Below are positions 60,491 to 64,000 of a stretch of 64,000 nucleotides of DNA, in pieces (position 1 is the first letter of the stretch; the number at the start of each line of letters is the position of its first letter). The notes beneath the pieces are model-generated. The model saw nothing but the letters and a program-made list of their open reading frames with translations. It was not told the origin of the DNA and did not search any database. Origin of the DNA: Azolla caroliniana (taxonomy: Eukaryota > Plantae > Polypodiophyta); contig JBHGNT010000017.1 of NCBI GenBank assembly GCA_043228905.1, positions 4,464,001 through 4,528,000 of the forward strand, given 5' to 3'. The position numbers were made by a program, and so were the translations under genes.

Positions 60491-63400
60491 TGTAGCGGAA
60501 GAGATGTGTGTTATGTGTATGTGTGAGAGGAATTAGAGGAGAGATGAGAGAACACAAGATAGATAGAAAAAGGAATACTCAAGAAGAAGGTGTATATTTC
60601 ACAAGTAGAATAGAGATACAAAACTGTAGCATTACAAGGAGTCACAACCGACTTAGTATGAAGTATGAGGAGAGTGCTTTATATAGAGTCACCCTCTCTC
60701 TTCATTAACTTTACAACAACCACTCTCTCTCTTGGGGAATGTGAAGACTCATAGTCATGGGGAATATGTAACTCATTAGTTATGTGTCATAGAATATGAT
60801 TCTATGACACATAGTTAATGTGTAGAGAGTAGTGGTAAGACTCTTGACCTTTGAGTATTCATGGATTCTCAAAAGGTGTGTTCACACATTGCACTATGTT
60901 GAGCTTGATTCTCTACACGGCCCCACAAGCTCAACTCGGGTCGGTTCCTTTTGATTGATGTCCGCTTCGGCTGGTATCCGGTTCGGACGATCTCCGATGT
61001 CCGCTTCGACTCGTACCCGGTTCAGACGATATCCGGTTCTCACTTGTACTACCCCTCAAGCTTGGCAAGTTAGGAATCGTCAATCTGACGTCTAACATGA
61101 ATTGTCAAAGCTTGTCGGCTCCCAGGGCCTTGGTGAAGATGTCGATCGTCAGAAGATTCGTGTTGATGTGTTGAAGGTCAACATCTCCGACCTATACGCG
61201 CTCTTGAATGAAGTGATAGTGCACTTCGATATGCTTTGTGCGTGCGTGGAACACCGGGTTCCGAGCCAGATATATATTGCTCATGTTGTCGCAGTAAATG
61301 GGAATCGGATCCTTCATGGGGATGCCCAGATCCTTCAAAATTCTCTTGACCCATATGGCTTCACATGCAGCTACGGCTGCGCCCTTGTATTTAGCCTCCG
61401 TACTCGAAAGTGCGACGGTAGGCTGCTTCTTACTACTCCAAGTTATTGCTCTGCTACCGAGCGAGAAGAAAAATCCAGAGGTCGATCGTCGATCGGCTTT
61501 GTAGCCTACTTAGTCTGCGTCTATGTACCCTTCGAGTCGTATTGGTGTGGCCGATGTGTAGTGAACGTCGTAATCCATTGTGCCACTCACGTATCGTAAT
61601 ACTCGCTTAGCGCAATCAAAATGGATATCTCGCGGAGTTTGCATGAATTGGCTAAGGAGTCCAACTGGATAGCTAAGGTTGAGTCAATTGATCGTGAGAT
61701 AGATGAGGCTCCCGATCAGTTGACGATATTGGGTCAGCTCACACTCTTATGTGCCGGAGTCAACATCTAGTTTGAGGTTTCGATCAAGAGCCGTAGCAAC
61801 CAATTTGCACTAAGTCATCCCGAACTTGTATAACAAGTTGAGGATGTAGTGTTGTTAAGAGATCATAATGCCGGCCGGAGTCTGAATTACCTCGATGCCT
61901 AGGAAGTAATGAAGCTCCTTCATGTCCATCATCTCGAATTTGTTGGAGAGGAGGGACTTCACCTTGTTGATGTCGACTAGACTTTCACCTCCAATGACCA
62001 GATCATCCATGTATACGATGATGATAATTAGGCTTCTAGAGTCGTGTCATATGTATAGGCAGTTGTCGGATTTCGACATTCGAAAGCCGATTTGATGAAG
62101 ATATTGCGTAATCTTCGAATGCCAAGCACGCGGAGCTTGTTTGTGGCTGTAGAGAGGCTTCTTGAGTTGGTATACGGCTTTTGGATGAATGCGCGATTTA
62201 AAGCCGGGTGGTTGTACCATGTACACCTCCTCGTCTAATTCGCCTTGAAGAAAGGCGTTCTTGACGTCCATTTGGTGGAGGTGCCGCCCTTTTGCCGCTG
62301 CAAGTGCAATCACGGTCCGGACCGTCGTCATCTTTGCCACCGGGGAAAAGGTCTCTTCATAGTCGATTCCATGTGTTTGTGCGTATCCTTTCGCTACGAG
62401 TCGAGCTTTGTAATGGTTTACAAAGCCGTCGGCATTATACTTCACCTTGTAGATCCATCTGCAACCAATTGCCTTCTTGTGCGGTGAGTGGGGAACGAGA
62501 TCCCATATCTCGTTCTTGGAGAGTGCTTGCATCTCCTCATTCATCGCTTCAACCCATCTGGGGTTTGTCGCGGCTTCGGAAAACGTTTCCGGCTCCCGTA
62601 CTATCACTACCTTCATCATAAAAGCATAATGGTACACCATATAATTGTTGTAGCCGAATCAGCTTACGGGGTTCTTTTCACGGGTGGATCGGCGGAGCTT
62701 CTCGTTTGCGGATACTATGGCTTTCTCCGCTCCATTTGTTTGGATCTCAAGGCCTTCAAACTCACTATCGAGGGAGTGAGTCGATTCGTTGCCGTCGAAG
62801 TGATCGTCTTCATACTCCAGCATTTTCGCCTTCCTTTTGTCCATCTTCGAACTCGGCCGAGATGTACTTTGATCGCTCGGGGGCTCTTGTGGCCCACTAA
62901 GCCTTGTCGTAATTGGGCTTTCTTTGAATATGTGCGTCAGTCAATCTTCGGCTTCTATCTCTATTTCGGCGGAATCTAGGTCGAGCAAAATCAAAGTCAA
63001 AGTTGTCTCTGGTACGTACCAGGATGCGGCTCGTCAAAAACGACATCTCGACTTACTCAAGATTTTCGAGTTGAGGGGTTGTAGCACTTGTACCCCTTTT
63101 GCTCCAGTGAGTATCCTACGAGGATAGATTTCTCCGACTTCAGGTCGAGCTTTTGACGCTTCTCGTTGGGGATGTGCATGTACGCAATGGAGCCGAATAT
63201 CCGAACATGCGAAGGGTCCGACTTCTTTCCGAAGATCTTCTCGTGCGGAGTAAGTTCATGCACACCCAATGTCGTACACCGATTCATGAGATAGACGGTC
63301 GTGTTAGCTACTTCCGCCCAATACGATTTCGGCATGTGCTTTTCCTTAAGCATAGCCCATGCCACTTCGAGGATGTGCCGATTCTTGCGTTCGGAAACAC

Positions 63401-64000
63401 CGAAAATTCGTCGGAGAAGTACTCCTTGCCTCCATCCGACCGAAGATATCGTACATGTCAGCCTGTGGCTTTCTCGACTTCATTCTTAAATTTTTGGAAG
63501 CGTCTGAACACTTCGCTCTTTTGTCGCATGGGGTAGATCCAAGTGTGCATGGAGAAGTCGTCGATGAAGGCCATGTAGTATCGGCATCCTCCGAATGTAG
63601 CCGTCTGAGTCGGACCCCATACATCGGAATGAATTAGGTCGAGTACGCCTTTGCTCATGTTCCCCTCCTTCGGAAATGGGTGCCGATATTGCTTGCCGAA
63701 TTGCCAAGCGGCACACACACCTTCAATCTCTTTCTCTGTGAATGTCGGGAGCCCGATGACGACTCCTTTCGATTGCATTGCCTTGAGCTTTTGGAGGTTG
63801 ATATGGCCAATCCGCTTGTGCCACAACTCTATGTCGGAATCGGCTTTCATGCCCTTTGCAAACATGGCCGATTTCATCTTGTGTGAGTCGAGAATGAACA
63901 TCCGGCCCTCTCTTCGTCCGCGAGCGATGAGTCGGCCCTCTTTTTCGATGAAGCAACCGCCTTTGATTAAATCGTACTTGCATTCTTTGCTCTACAATTT
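60491..64000 (-). mobile_element. second Ty1/copia element (3' LTR 60491-60917, degenerate INT-RT-RNase H), runs off the window
   Basis: TGTAG...CTACA LTR; [32 protein letters not shown] and DIFTKAL motifs; related to the 1446-6210 pol but with a different LTR. Confidence 0.93.

Noticed and set aside
61102-61599. 165-aa plus-strand ORF (and 3927-4718)
   Set aside because: Antisense shadows of copia RNase H and integrase coding sequence.

Overview
Eukaryotic nuclear DNA from a land plant, probably seed-free (inferred from a PLS-class PPR remnant, a SPEAR/SPOROCYTELESS-TIE gene and fungal-type Ty3 lineages). One intact-looking host gene is present: a 4-exon SPL/NZZ-TIE (SPEAR) repressor at 21070-23779 (-), about 624 aa, with three LxLxL EAR motifs and a long His-rich tract. 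It lies in an AT-rich island (about 9.6-35 kb) containing 5'-truncated LINEs, a PPR retrocopy and a hAT MITE. Nested LTR-retrotransposon blocks flank it (1-9.55 kb and 35-64 kb). The right block is dominated by one Ty3/gypsy family with fungal-like Pol, TGTCG...CGACA termini, a tRNA-Trp PBS, 4-bp CpG-centred TSDs, a covarying pre-PPT hairpin and a pro/pol -1 frameshift pseudoknot. In three otherwise dissimilar LTR types, this family carries tRNA-like Pol III (A/B-box) modules as part of the LTR. All alignments and counts were made by eye; coordinates may be off by a few bases.
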